DNA from: Propionibacteriaceae bacterium
GTDB taxonomy: Bacteria > Actinomycetota > Actinomycetes > Propionibacteriales > Propionibacteriaceae
Assembly: GCA_035717205.1 (NCBI GenBank)
Contig: DASTIW010000006.1
Span: 1,417 to 65,416 of the forward strand
Length of the DNA: 64,000 nucleotides
Reading direction: 5' to 3'
This document shows positions 50,181 through 59,584 of this stretch, one piece after another. The first letter of the stretch is position 1. The number at the start of each line of letters is the position of its first letter. A model generated the notes under the pieces. That model made no database searches. It saw nothing but the letters and a program-made list of their open reading frames with translations, and was not told where the DNA came from. Position numbers and translations under genes: made by a program.

Positions 50181-50409
50181 GCTCCTCAGCGCGTGGACGA
50201 GCGGTTCTTCGGAGAACCCGGGCCGGGGGCGCCCGTCGCGGAGGCCGGACTGACAGCTGCCCTCTTGCCCCGGCTCTCAACGATACCGGATAACGAGGCC
50301 CCGATCGAATAGCCGAACCGTTATATCGTCTACCTATTCATCGTCCACGCGGGAGCACCTGAGATCTTTTCTGAAATCTTCAGGAAGCCGGCAGCGAGGT
50401 GGCTGCGGT

Positions 50410-50619
50410 TACAACGTTCACGTGCAATCGACCCGTCAACCGTGACTGATCGCATCCGCGTCGCGCCGCTGAGGGTCGACCGAGGTGCGGCCAGCGTCTG
50501 GAGCCGGCAGGCAGATCGCGACCGGGTACTTGCACCCGCGGGTACAACGATGTAGTGTCCTGCTCTGTGACCTCAGATTTCGGCGGCATCCTCACGCCAC
50601 CCATCGTTACAACGATGTA
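50410..50619. promoter_or_regulatory. Three LacI-type operator-like palindromes upstream of abfA
   Basis: TACAACGTTCAC 50410-50421; TACAACGATGTA 50543-50554; TACAACGATGTA 50608-50619 (central CG). Confidence 0.75.
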
Positions 50620-50737
50620 TGTGGCGGTAGGTCGCGCGACGCAGGAGCGGACGTGCGGATTCGCACCGGTCGCCCGGCGCCCATTCTCGCTGTTCTGATC
50701 CTTCCTGTTCCGACTTCCCGCAAAGGAGCTCTTCTTC

Positions 50738-52267
50738 ATGCCTGCTGCCAAACTGGTGCTCGACGCGGCCTTCACGGTCGCCCCTGTCCCTCGGCGACTC
50801 TTCGGCTCGTTCGTGGAGCACATGGGCCGCTGTGTGTACACCGGGATCTATGAGCCCGGCCACCCCAGCGCCGACGAGCAGGGGCTCCGTCAAGACGTGA
50901 TGGAGTTGACCCGGCAGATCGGGCCGACGGTTGTTCGTTACCCGGGTGGCAACTTCGTCTCCAACTATCGCTGGGAAGACGGTGTCGGACCGAAGGATCA
51001 GCGTCCCACCCGGCTTGACCTGGCGTGGCACTCAATCGAGACCAACCAGTTTGGCCTGCACGAGTTCGACGACTGGGCCAAGAAGGTTGACACCGAGGTC
51101 ATGATGGCCGTCAACCTCGGTACTCGTGGGCTTCAGGAAGCCTGTGACCTCCTGGAGTACACCAACCATCGCGGCGGCACGTACTGGTCAGACCGGAGAA
51201 TCGCCAACGGCGCCAAGGAGCCCTTCAACTACAAGCTCTGGTGCCTTGGGAACGAGATGGACGGACCGTGGCAGGTGGGCCACAAGACCGCGGCCGAGTA
51301 CGGCCGGCTGGCCAACGAGACCGGCAAGGCGATGCGGCTGATCGACTCCGAGATCGAGCTCGTGGCATCGGGCTCCTCCAACTCCAGAATGCCTACCTTC
51401 GGCTCCTGGGAGTCCACCGTCTTGGACCTGTGCTACGACACCGTCGACTACATCTCGATGCACGCCTACTACCAAGAGGATGACGGCGACCCGCTGTCCT
51501 TCCTGGCCTCGGCTGTGAACATGGACAACTTCATCGACGACGTCGTCTCCACCGCCGACGCGGTCCGCGCCAAGGGCCGGCACAAGAAGCGGATCAATCT
51601 CTCGTTCGACGAGTGGAACGTCTGGTACATCAACCGGTTCAGTGGCGACGGGCCCAAGGCGAATACCGTTGTCTGGGAGCCGAAGCCCAGGCTGATCGAG
51701 GACGAGTACACCGTTACCGACGCAGTCGTCGTCGGCACCTTGATGAACTCGCTGCTCCGTCACGGCGACCGCGTCACGGTGGCCAACCAGGCCCAACTGG
51801 TCAACGTGATCGGGCTGCTGCGGTCGGAGGAGGGGGGCGATGCCTGGAAGCAGACGATCGCCTACCCGTTCGAGCAGATGCGCCGGCTGGCCACCGGCCA
51901 GATCGTCCAGGTGGTCGCCACCGGCGACAAGTATGACTCCACCACCTACACCGATGTGCCCGTGGTCGACGCCAGCGCCACGTACGACGCCGAGACCGGC
52001 CGCGCCGCACTCTTCGTGGCCAACCGCAGCCTGGAGGACACCTCGACGTTGGAGGTCGACCTGAGAGGACTTCGGGTGAGCTCGGTGCTCGAGTCGACCA
52101 CTCTGCACGCTGGGGAGCGTCAAGACCGTCACACCACCAACCTGGAGGTCCATGACGCGGTCACACCGCGTACCTTCGACGACTACACGCTGGACGGTGG
52201 TCAGCTGAAAGCCAACCTGCCTGCGCTGTCTTGGACTGTTTTCGAGTTCGAGGCCGTCCGGGGTTAA
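50738..52267 (+). CDS. abfA: Alpha-L-arabinofuranosidase (GH51)
   Basis: FGSFVEHMGRCVYTGIYEP, RYPGGNF, WCLGNEMDGPWQ (acid/base Glu), SFDEWNVW (nucleophile Glu), ANQAQLVNVI. Confidence 0.95.
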   Translation: MPAAKLVLDAAFTVAPVPRRLFGSFVEHMGRCVYTGIYEPGHPSADEQGLRQDVMELTRQIGPTVVRYPGGNFVSNYRWEDGVGPKDQRPTRLDLAWHSIETNQFGLHEFDDWAKKVDTEVMMAVNLGTRGLQEACDLLEYTNHRGGTYWSDRRIANGAKEPFNYKLWCLGNEMDGPWQVGHKTAAEYGRLANETGKAMRLIDSEIELVASGSSNSRMPTFGSWESTVLDLCYDTVDYISMHAYYQEDDGDPLSFLASAVNMDNFIDDVVSTADAVRAKGRHKKRINLSFDEWNVWYINRFSGDGPKANTVVWEPKPRLIEDEYTVTDAVVVGTLMNSLLRHGDRVTVANQAQLVNVIGLLRSEEGGDAWKQTIAYPFEQMRRLATGQIVQVVATGDKYDSTTYTDVPVVDASATYDAETGRAALFVANRSLEDTSTLEVDLRGLRVSSVLESTTLHAGERQDRHTTNLEVHDAVTPRTFDDYTLDGGQLKANLPALSWTVFEFEAVRG

Positions 52268-52279
52268 GACAACGTTGCA
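52268..52279. promoter_or_regulatory. Fourth LacI-type operator-like site, before the ABC transporter
   Basis: GACAACGTTGCA, same CAACG(T/A)TG core as the sites at 50410-50619. Confidence 0.55.
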
Positions 52280-52290
52280 AAAGCGTCACC

Positions 52291-52328
52291 GGCACGCTCG
52301 CGGATTTCCATGGATTCACGGGCGTGCC
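52291..52328 (+). other. GC-rich intercistronic stem-loop
   Basis: ggcacgc 52291-52297 pairs with gcgtgcc 52322-52328; stem extends to about 14 bp with wobbles and one mismatch; no U-tract. Confidence 0.5.
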
Positions 52329-52470
52329 TGTGTGACCATCGACACATGCGTGTCAATAGTTTTCGCCGAGTCGAAGCCTCGGGAATTCTCTGCCACAAGC
52401 AGATCCCGGCTATCGGCAACGGTCGTGCAGCTCTTGCCGGCCACCACCACACATCTCGTTGAGAGGAAGC

Positions 52471-53868
52471 ATGATGGCAAAGACGTTCAGTGCATCGAAT
52501 AGTGGAGCCCCGTTCATTCGGGACGGCAACATCAGTCGCCGGGGACTCCTCGGTGGCGCCCTTGGCGTTGCTGCCGGGATCGGTCTGGCGGCTTGCGGAG
52601 CCGGCTCGGCCGGAACCCCAGGGCAGCAGGCGTCAGCCCCAGGCGGTGGCGGGGCAGAAGGCTACGACGGACCTCCGGTCTCGCTGGCCTACTGGAACGG
52701 GCTGACCGGCGGCGACGGCCCGGTGATGAAGAAGATGATGGACAACTTCAACAAGGAGCACCCGAACATCAAGGTCAGTATGACCGCCATCGCCTGGGCT
52801 GACTACTACCAGAAGGTGCCGGCTGCCGTGAGCAATGGCAAGGGTCCCGATGTCGGCATCATGCACGAGTACTCCCTCGCCACCAATGCGGCACGGCAGG
52901 TGCTCCAGCCACTCGACGACGTAGCCAGTGCGCTGGGCATGCAGGAGTCGGACTTCTCACCGCTGGTCTGGGCCGCTGGTCTGTACAAGGGACCCAAGGA
53001 TGACAACCCGGTTCGCTACGGCATCCCGCTGGACCTGCACCCTGCCGGCCTGTACTACAACAAGACTGTTCTGGAGAAGATCGGCGCGGACCCCGAGAAG
53101 CCGCCGACCACCGGCGACGAGCTGATCGCCATTTTGGACAAGGCCAAGTCGAAGAACATCCAGGGCATGTGGACCTCGGCACTGAGCGTCTATGGCCTGG
53201 AGTGGCAGACCTTGGTCTACCAGTTCGGCGGCAAGATGGTGAACGACGACGGTCTCACCGTCGGGTTCGGTGATGAGCCGGCCGTGAAGGCACTCACCTG
53301 GTGGAAGGACCTGATCGACAAGGGTTACAGCCCGAAGAACGCGGCCGCCAACGGCAACGACGTGTCCTTCCAGAACGACAAGGCTGCGTTCATGATCAAC
53401 GGGCCTTGGATGACGACACCGCTCAGTGACAAGAAGGGTCTGAAATGGGGTGCCGCACCGGTTCCGAAGATCGGTGACTCGCTGCAGACCTGGTCCGGTG
53501 CACACCACTTCGTGCTGCCTCGTCAGAAGACGCGCGATGAGAACAAGCTGCAAGCCAGTCGGGTGTTCGTCAACTGGATGTCCCAGCAGTCGCTGGCGTG
53601 GGCAACCGCTGGCATGGTGCCGGCCCGCAAGTCCGTCCGGGAGTCTCCGGAGTTCGCCAAGCTGGGTGCGGTCACCCAGTTCGCCAAGGAGCTCGACTAC
53701 GTGAACTTCGTGCCGGCTGTGCCTGGAATCCAAGACATCGACCCGGTGCGGAACGCCGCCGTCAGCGAAGCCATGCTTGGCAAGAAGGACATTGCCACGG
53801 CTCTGGGTGAGGCTGCCGAGAAGGCCAACAAGATCCTCGCCGCGAACGCGGAGAAGTACGGCGGATGA
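52471..53868 (+). CDS. Sugar ABC transporter substrate-binding lipoprotein (Tat signal)
   Basis: SRRGLL twin-arginine motif, LAAC lipobox, WNGLTGGDG, GKGPDVG, GIPLDLH, FMINGPW. Confidence 0.93.
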   Translation: MMAKTFSASNSGAPFIRDGNISRRGLLGGALGVAAGIGLAACGAGSAGTPGQQASAPGGGGAEGYDGPPVSLAYWNGLTGGDGPVMKKMMDNFNKEHPNIKVSMTAIAWADYYQKVPAAVSNGKGPDVGIMHEYSLATNAARQVLQPLDDVASALGMQESDFSPLVWAAGLYKGPKDDNPVRYGIPLDLHPAGLYYNKTVLEKIGADPEKPPTTGDELIAILDKAKSKNIQGMWTSALSVYGLEWQTLVYQFGGKMVNDDGLTVGFGDEPAVKALTWWKDLIDKGYSPKNAAANGNDVSFQNDKAAFMINGPWMTTPLSDKKGLKWGAAPVPKIGDSLQTWSGAHHFVLPRQKTRDENKLQASRVFVNWMSQQSLAWATAGMVPARKSVRESPEFAKLGAVTQFAKELDYVNFVPAVPGIQDIDPVRNAAVSEAMLGKKDIATALGEAAEKANKILAANAEKYGG

Positions 53869-54818
53869 GCACCTCGACGGCGCCGGCGACGATCGCGCCG
53901 CCGGCGATCGAGGAGGGACCGGCGAAGCACAGGAAGCTGCGGCTGCACCATGCGGCGACGCCGTACCTCCTCTGCTCGCCCTACCTACTGCTGCTGCTGA
54001 CCTTCGTCCTCGGCCCCGCCGTATTCGGGGTGTGGATCAGCCTGCATGACTGGGACTTCATGCTCCCGTCGAAGCCCTTCGTGGGGATGAAGAACTACCA
54101 GAACCTCTTCGACCCGAGTTCGGTGATCTATGAGCCGTTCTGGAAAGGGATGCGAGCGACTGCGGTCTTCACGGTCGCCAGTGTTCCGTTCCTGATCCTC
54201 ATCCCGTTGCTGATCGCCATCCTGCTCAACCGGAAGTTCCCCGGGCGGACCTTCTTCCGCGCGATGATCTTCGCCCCGTTCGTGCTCGGTATCGCGGTCA
54301 TCGGCGTGCTGTTCAACTACCTCCTGGACACGCAGTTCGGACTGATCAACTATCTGCTCGGTCTGGTAGGGATCGGTCCGATCGGCTGGGTCCAGACCCA
54401 GCCGTGGGCATGGGTCGCGCTGGTCGGCATGACGGTGTGGTGGACGCTGGGCTTCAACACGGTGATCTATCTTGCCGGCCTGGGAAACATCCCGGCGGAG
54501 CAATACGAGGCCGCAGACCTCGATGGTGCGGGCGCCTGGGGCAAGTTCCGGTTCGTCACCGTACCCGGTCTGAGGACGGTGATGGTCTTCATCATCACGA
54601 CGACCATCCTGGCCAGCGCCAACATGTTCGGGCAGTCGTATCTGGTGACCAAGGGCGGTCCTGGTGACAGTACCCGAACGGCAATCATGGTCATGACGGA
54701 GGAGGGCCTGAGGCAGTTCAAGATGGGCACCGCATCCGCCATGAGCTATGTGCTGGCGATCTTCCTGGCGATCATCTCCATCATCAACTTCGTGCTCATG
54801 AGGGAGAGGAAGTCATGA
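53865..54818 (+). CDS. Sugar ABC transporter permease
   Basis: YLAGLGNIPAEQYEAADLDGA (EAA loop). Confidence 0.94.
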   Translation: MSTSTAPATIAPPAIEEGPAKHRKLRLHHAATPYLLCSPYLLLLLTFVLGPAVFGVWISLHDWDFMLPSKPFVGMKNYQNLFDPSSVIYEPFWKGMRATAVFTVASVPFLILIPLLIAILLNRKFPGRTFFRAMIFAPFVLGIAVIGVLFNYLLDTQFGLINYLLGLVGIGPIGWVQTQPWAWVALVGMTVWWTLGFNTVIYLAGLGNIPAEQYEAADLDGAGAWGKFRFVTVPGLRTVMVFIITTTILASANMFGQSYLVTKGGPGDSTRTAIMVMTEEGLRQFKMGTASAMSYVLAIFLAIISIINFVLMRERKS

Positions 54819-55684
54819 CGCAGGTACTGACCCCGACAGAGCCGACCCACCGCAGGCGGCGGCGTCGTCGCAACGGTCCGGTGTTCTGGATCGGGATGGT
54901 GGTCCTGGCTGCCATCTTCATCACGCCGATCCTGTGGATGTATGTCACCTCGTTTCGGACGTTGACCGACTCCCGCACGGTTCCGCTGGAGATCATCCCG
55001 AACGAGACCACGCTGCGAGCCTTCCGGTTCATCTTCTCGGAGACTCAGAACCCGGTCCTCATCTGGGCGCTCAACTCGCTGCTCGCCGCCACGGCGCACT
55101 CGATCCTGGTGCTGATCGTGGCGTCGATGGCGGCGTACCCGCTGGCTCGCATGCAGTTCAAGGGGCGGGGGGTCATCTTCGCGGTGATCATCGGTACCCT
55201 CTTCGTTCCGCACTTCATCTTCTTGATGCCGAACTATCTGATGATGGACCGGCTGGGATGGCTGGACACGCTGCTGGCGCTGATCGTGCCGGGTGCGGCC
55301 AGTGCTTTCGGTGTCTTCTTCCTGCGGCAGTTCTTCATGGGCATCCCCAGGGAGCTGGAGGAGAGCGCGCTGATCGACGGCGCGAACACCTGGACGATTC
55401 TGACCAGGATCGTGCTGCCGATCTCGAAGTCGGCGTTGATCACGCTTGCTGTGCTGTCGTTCCTGGGCAACTGGAACGACTTCCTGTGGCCCGTCTTCGT
55501 GTTGTTCTCACCTGAACGGCTCACCCTGCCGGCGGGACTGTCGACGTTGCAGGGCGCCTTCGCCACTGACTACCCGGTCATCATGGCGGGAGCGACGATC
55601 GCTTCCGTGCCGGTGCTGATTCTCTACATCGCGCTTCAGCGCTACATCATCGAGGGTGTCGCCACCAGCGGCCTGAAGGGCTGA
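54815..55684 (+). CDS. Sugar ABC transporter permease
   Basis: IPRELEESALIDGA, WNDFLWP, TDYPVIMAGA. Confidence 0.94.
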   Translation: MTQVLTPTEPTHRRRRRRRNGPVFWIGMVVLAAIFITPILWMYVTSFRTLTDSRTVPLEIIPNETTLRAFRFIFSETQNPVLIWALNSLLAATAHSILVLIVASMAAYPLARMQFKGRGVIFAVIIGTLFVPHFIFLMPNYLMMDRLGWLDTLLALIVPGAASAFGVFFLRQFFMGIPRELEESALIDGANTWTILTRIVLPISKSALITLAVLSFLGNWNDFLWPVFVLFSPERLTLPAGLSTLQGAFATDYPVIMAGATIASVPVLILYIALQRYIIEGVATSGLKG

Positions 55685-55765
55685 TCGCACACCTGCACGC
55701 AAGACCTCGGCCCGTCGACGGTGTTGGCGGGCCGAGGTTTTCCACCGACTGCCGAAGGAGCTCAG

Positions 55766-57301
55766 ATGGCACATGCCCGGATCACTCTCGACCGCGACTT
55801 CACCGTGGGCCCGGTGCCGAGACGCCTGTTCGGGTCCTTCGTCGAGCACATGGGTCGATGTGTCTACACCGGGATCTTCGAGCCCGGTCACCCGACCGCC
55901 AACGAGCAGGGTTTGCGCCGTGACGTGCTGGCGCTGACCCGCGAGCTGGGCGTGACCGTCGTCCGCTACCCGGGCGGCAACTTCGTCTCCGGTTACGACT
56001 GGGAAGACGGCGTCGGGCCGGTCGAGCAGCGACCGCGGCGGCTGGACGGGGCCTGGCACACGCTGGAGACCAATGCCTTCGGACTGCACGAGTTCGTGGA
56101 CTGGGCCAAGCTGGCCGAGGTGGAGGTGATGGAGGCGGTGAACCTGGGTACTCGCGGCGTGCAGCAAGCGCGGGCCCTGGTCGAGTACGCCAACCACCCA
56201 GGCGGCACCGCCCTGTCGGACCAACGGCGGCGCAATGGCGCGGAGCAGCCGTTCGACATTCGCCTGTGGTGTCTGGGCAACGAGATGGACTGGCCGTGGC
56301 AGATCGGCTTCAAGACCGCACACGAGTATGGCCGGCTCGCACAGGAGGCAGCGCGGGCCATGCGCATGATCGACCGCAATCTTGAACTGGTGGCCTGCGG
56401 AAGCTCCGGTTCGGCGATGTCCACATTCGGATCCTGGGAGCACACGGTGCTGACCCACACCTACGACCAGGTGGACTACATCTCACTGCACGCCTATTAC
56501 TCCGACTCGGACGCGGACCCAGGAAGCTACCTCCCCAGCGGGGTCAACATGGACAGCTTCATCGAGTCCGTGGTCGCCACGGCGGATGCGGTGCGCGCCG
56601 CCGGCAAGCATGCCAAGGTGATCCGGCTTTCCTTCGACGAGTGGAATGTCGCCTAGCGGCATCACGAGAGCGAGGGCTTGGCGACCGAGGCTGAGCTGAC
56701 CCGGGAGTGGGTGGAGCATCCGCCGATCGGTGAGGGAAACTACGACGTGACCGATGCAGTCGTCGTCGGCACGTTGCTGAACTCGCTGCTCCGACACGGG
56801 GACCGGGTCGCGATCGCGAACCAGGCGCAGCTGGTCAACCTGCTCGGGATGATCAGTACCCAAGAGCGCGGACCGGCGTGGCGGCAGTCCATCTTCTTCC
56901 CGTTCGCGGCGATGGCGAACACCGCGCGGGGCGACATCCTGCGGGCGTCGGTGACCTCGGATCGCTACTCGACCAGCAGGTACGGCGACGCCGACCTGGT
57001 GGACGCCAGCGCCACCTGGGACGCCGACCGCGGCGTGGTGGCGCTTTTCCTGGCCAACCGCGGCCTTGACCAGAGGGCGGACGTCGACGTGACGCTGCGG
57101 GGGCTGAGTCCGGAGCGGATCAGCACAGCAGTGGTCCTGACGACTCCGGACGACGGCGACCGTTTCGCCGCGAACACTGCAAGGCACCAGCCCGTTGGGA
57201 TGGTCAAGCTGGAGAACGTGCGCTTGGATCGCCAGCAGCTGAAGATCTCGTTGCCGGCGCTGTCCTGGGCTTCCCTGACGATTGAGGTGACGGTGTGCTG
57301 A
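55766..57301 (+). pseudogene. Second GH51 alpha-L-arabinofuranosidase interrupted by one in-frame TAG (56654-56656)
   Basis: ORFs 55721-56656 and 56678-57301 share a frame; ...FDEWNVA*RHH... aligns with FDEWNVWYINR of the first paralogue; both halves are collinear with abfA. Confidence 0.88.
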
Positions 57302-58110
57302 CAGCAGACCCGCGGGCGCTTGTCCAAGCGCTGTACACCGACGGCATCATCGCTTGCAAGGGCGCGTTTTCGCGGCAGTGGGCCGCCGCCATGCGCGAGG
57401 ACATCATGGCCTGCTTCCAGGACGCCATCGCCCGCGAAGGCGGTGCTGTCGGGCGGGGGCCCAAGCGCTACTACGTCGAGATGCACCCCGAGGAACTGCG
57501 CGGCTTCGTTGACCTCGTCACCCATCCCTGGGTGACGACGGTCTGCGAGACGGTGCTGGGACCTGACTACGAGATCGTCGAGATCGGCTTCGACATCCCG
57601 TTCGCGGGGGCGCAGAACCAGCGCTGGCACCGTGACTTCCCCGCGCCACCTGAGACCTACCAGCAGCGACGGCTGACCTCGCTGGCGTTCAACCTCACCG
57701 CCGTGGACACCATTGCGGAGATGGGTCCGTTCAACATCGCGCTTGGCACCCAGTACGAGAGCGGGCTGGACTTCGACCACGGCATGTTCCCGCACAAGAG
57801 CGAGTGGCCACGGTACGAGGAGCTAAGCGTCTACAAGCTTCCGCAGATGGGCGACATCTCGGCGCGGTCGGCGCTGACCATCCACCGCGGCACCGAGAAC
57901 AGGTCCGAACTGGCCCGGCCCGTGCTGGTGCTGGGTGTGGATGCACCGGGCGCCGGCCACGCTGAGCTGCACGACATGATGGTGACTCGCGGGTATCACG
58001 CACAGCTGCCGGTGCAGGTACGCCGGCACCTGCACGCCCGTGTGACCGACGAGCTGGTGCCGATCGTGCAGAAGCACACCATCGAGGGTCTCGTGATGGG
58101 CGCGCCGTGA
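57295..58110 (+). CDS. Phytanoyl-CoA dioxygenase (PhyH)-like Fe(II)/2-oxoglutarate oxygenase
   Basis: WHRDF (HxD), GDI..RSALTIHRGT (distal His). Confidence 0.8.
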   Translation: MLTADPRALVQALYTDGIIACKGAFSRQWAAAMREDIMACFQDAIAREGGAVGRGPKRYYVEMHPEELRGFVDLVTHPWVTTVCETVLGPDYEIVEIGFDIPFAGAQNQRWHRDFPAPPETYQQRRLTSLAFNLTAVDTIAEMGPFNIALGTQYESGLDFDHGMFPHKSEWPRYEELSVYKLPQMGDISARSALTIHRGTENRSELARPVLVLGVDAPGAGHAELHDMMVTRGYHAQLPVQVRRHLHARVTDELVPIVQKHTIEGLVMGAP

Positions 58111-58157
58111 CATGAGGTTGCCATGCCGGTAGGCCAACGCTGAGCTCGGTGTACGGC

Positions 58158-59435
58158 CTACTCGGCGTATTTGCCCAGTCCGGAGGTGTCCCCGCGGGCC
58201 AGGTCGGCGAAGAGCGCCTCAGCGCGCTCGTCGTCCCAGCCGACTGCCGAGCCCACTGACGTCGAGAGGTTGGTATCCGACACCGGCACGGTCAGGGTGT
58301 AGCCGCCGTCCCCGGAAACCTTGGTCATCGCCAGGGCAAGCTTGCCCATCTCCCATGCACTGGTGTCCTCCCCGAGCTTGAGGGCGTCGGCCGAGGCGGT
58401 GGAGAGGTTCCAGTAACGGACCGGATTGAGAAATGAGGCAGGTGAAGCCGCCTTCTTGGCCACCGCCGCCAACATCTGGCGCTGTCGCTCAACCCGACCC
58501 AGGTCGCCCTTGGGGTCTGCGTACCGCATCCGGACGTAGCCAAGCGCATCGGCCCCGGCGAGCTCCTGACATCCCTTCGGCAGGTCAATATGGCTCTTGG
58601 TGTCCTTGATCGCCCGGGGCAGGCACATCTCGATGCCGCCGAGGGAGTCGATCACATTGACGAACCCGCCGAATCCCACCTCCAGATAGCCATCGACTCG
58701 CAGACCCGTGTTGCGCTCGATCGTCTGCACCATCAACTTCGCCCCACCGATGGAGTACGCGGCGTTGATCTTGTTCTGACCGTTCTTCGGGATGCGCACA
58801 TAGGAGTCGCGGGGGATGGAGATCAGCGCCGGCTTGCCGCCCGGGGGGATGTACATCAGCATCACCGTGTCGGTCCGTTGTCCGGCTGCACGCCCCGTAC
58901 CCAGTCTCTTCCGTTCGGCGGCGGTCAGGCCCTCACGGGAGTCGGAGCCCAACAACAAGAAGGTGGTGCCCGGCTGGTTGGCGGGCCGGTCACCCTCGGG
59001 GGCGACGTCGATTCGGTCGACCTTGCTCCAGGCATACACCAAAACAGCGAGCAGGCCGACGACGGCCAGCACCACCACGAGCGCGAGCAGCCGAAGCACG
59101 ACTCCCGCTGGGCGCCGACGTTTCCGCGGTGACCGACCCGGAGGCGGCACTCGAGGCGCGCCGGCAGGTGGGGGCGGGGTTCGCGTTCCGGCTCCGGAGG
59201 TCCCCTGACGCGCATCGTATGACGGAGACGACGAGCGCGCACCAGTCGCAGGTTGGGCCTGCGTCGGTGGCGCATCGTGGAAGCTCTCGGGCTGGCGCGA
59301 CCGCGTACCGCCCTCGGGTGCGCGGGCGTCTCCAGCCGATGTCGGTGGCATCACGCGGGTATGCTCCGGCTCAGGATCGGCCTGAGGCTTTCGTCCGTAG
59401 AGCCAGTCCAGGTCCTCGTCGCGGCTGCCTGCCAT
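58158..59435 (-). CDS. LCP (LytR-CpsA-Psr) family cell-wall ligase
   Basis: Pro-rich N-terminus, TM helix, LLLGSDSR, RTDTVML, SIPRDS, KINAAY, YVRMR, DLGRVERQ; ATG 59435 inferred. Confidence 0.93.
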   Translation of the reverse strand: MAGSRDEDLDWLYGRKPQADPEPEHTRVMPPTSAGDARAPEGGTRSRQPESFHDAPPTQAQPATGARSSSPSYDARQGTSGAGTRTPPPPAGAPRVPPPGRSPRKRRRPAGVVLRLLALVVVLAVVGLLAVLVYAWSKVDRIDVAPEGDRPANQPGTTFLLLGSDSREGLTAAERKRLGTGRAAGQRTDTVMLMYIPPGGKPALISIPRDSYVRIPKNGQNKINAAYSIGGAKLMVQTIERNTGLRVDGYLEVGFGGFVNVIDSLGGIEMCLPRAIKDTKSHIDLPKGCQELAGADALGYVRMRYADPKGDLGRVERQRQMLAAVAKKAASPASFLNPVRYWNLSTASADALKLGEDTSAWEMGKLALAMTKVSGDGGYTLTVPVSDTNLSTSVGSAVGWDDERAEALFADLARGDTSGLGKYAE

Positions 59436-59527
59436 GAGTGAAGACTGTACCCGCGCGAACGTCCAAGTCGTCGGCGTAGCCGGGCGTGGCGCCGGTTCGG
59501 CGCAGACGACCGCCGGCAGGTCGATCG

Positions 59528-59584
59528 GTGGCAGTGCCACGGCACAATGGCACGTGGCAGTGCCACGGCACAATGTGTGCCGTG
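59528..59584. repeat. 22-bp direct repeat (26-bp period) with internal palindromes in the divergent LCP/GT2 promoter
   Basis: gtggcagtgccacggcacaatg at 59528 and 59554; GTGGCA-g-TGCCAC palindrome in each unit. Confidence 0.85.

Noticed and set aside
50190-50737. Small ORFs or a riboswitch in the long intergenic region
   Set aside because: No recognisable protein motif or known RNA fold; the region is explained by divergent promoters and operator sites
56654-56656. Pyrrolysine recoding of the TAG
   Set aside because: No pyl genes in the window, not known in this lineage, and the position aligns to Tyr one substitution away
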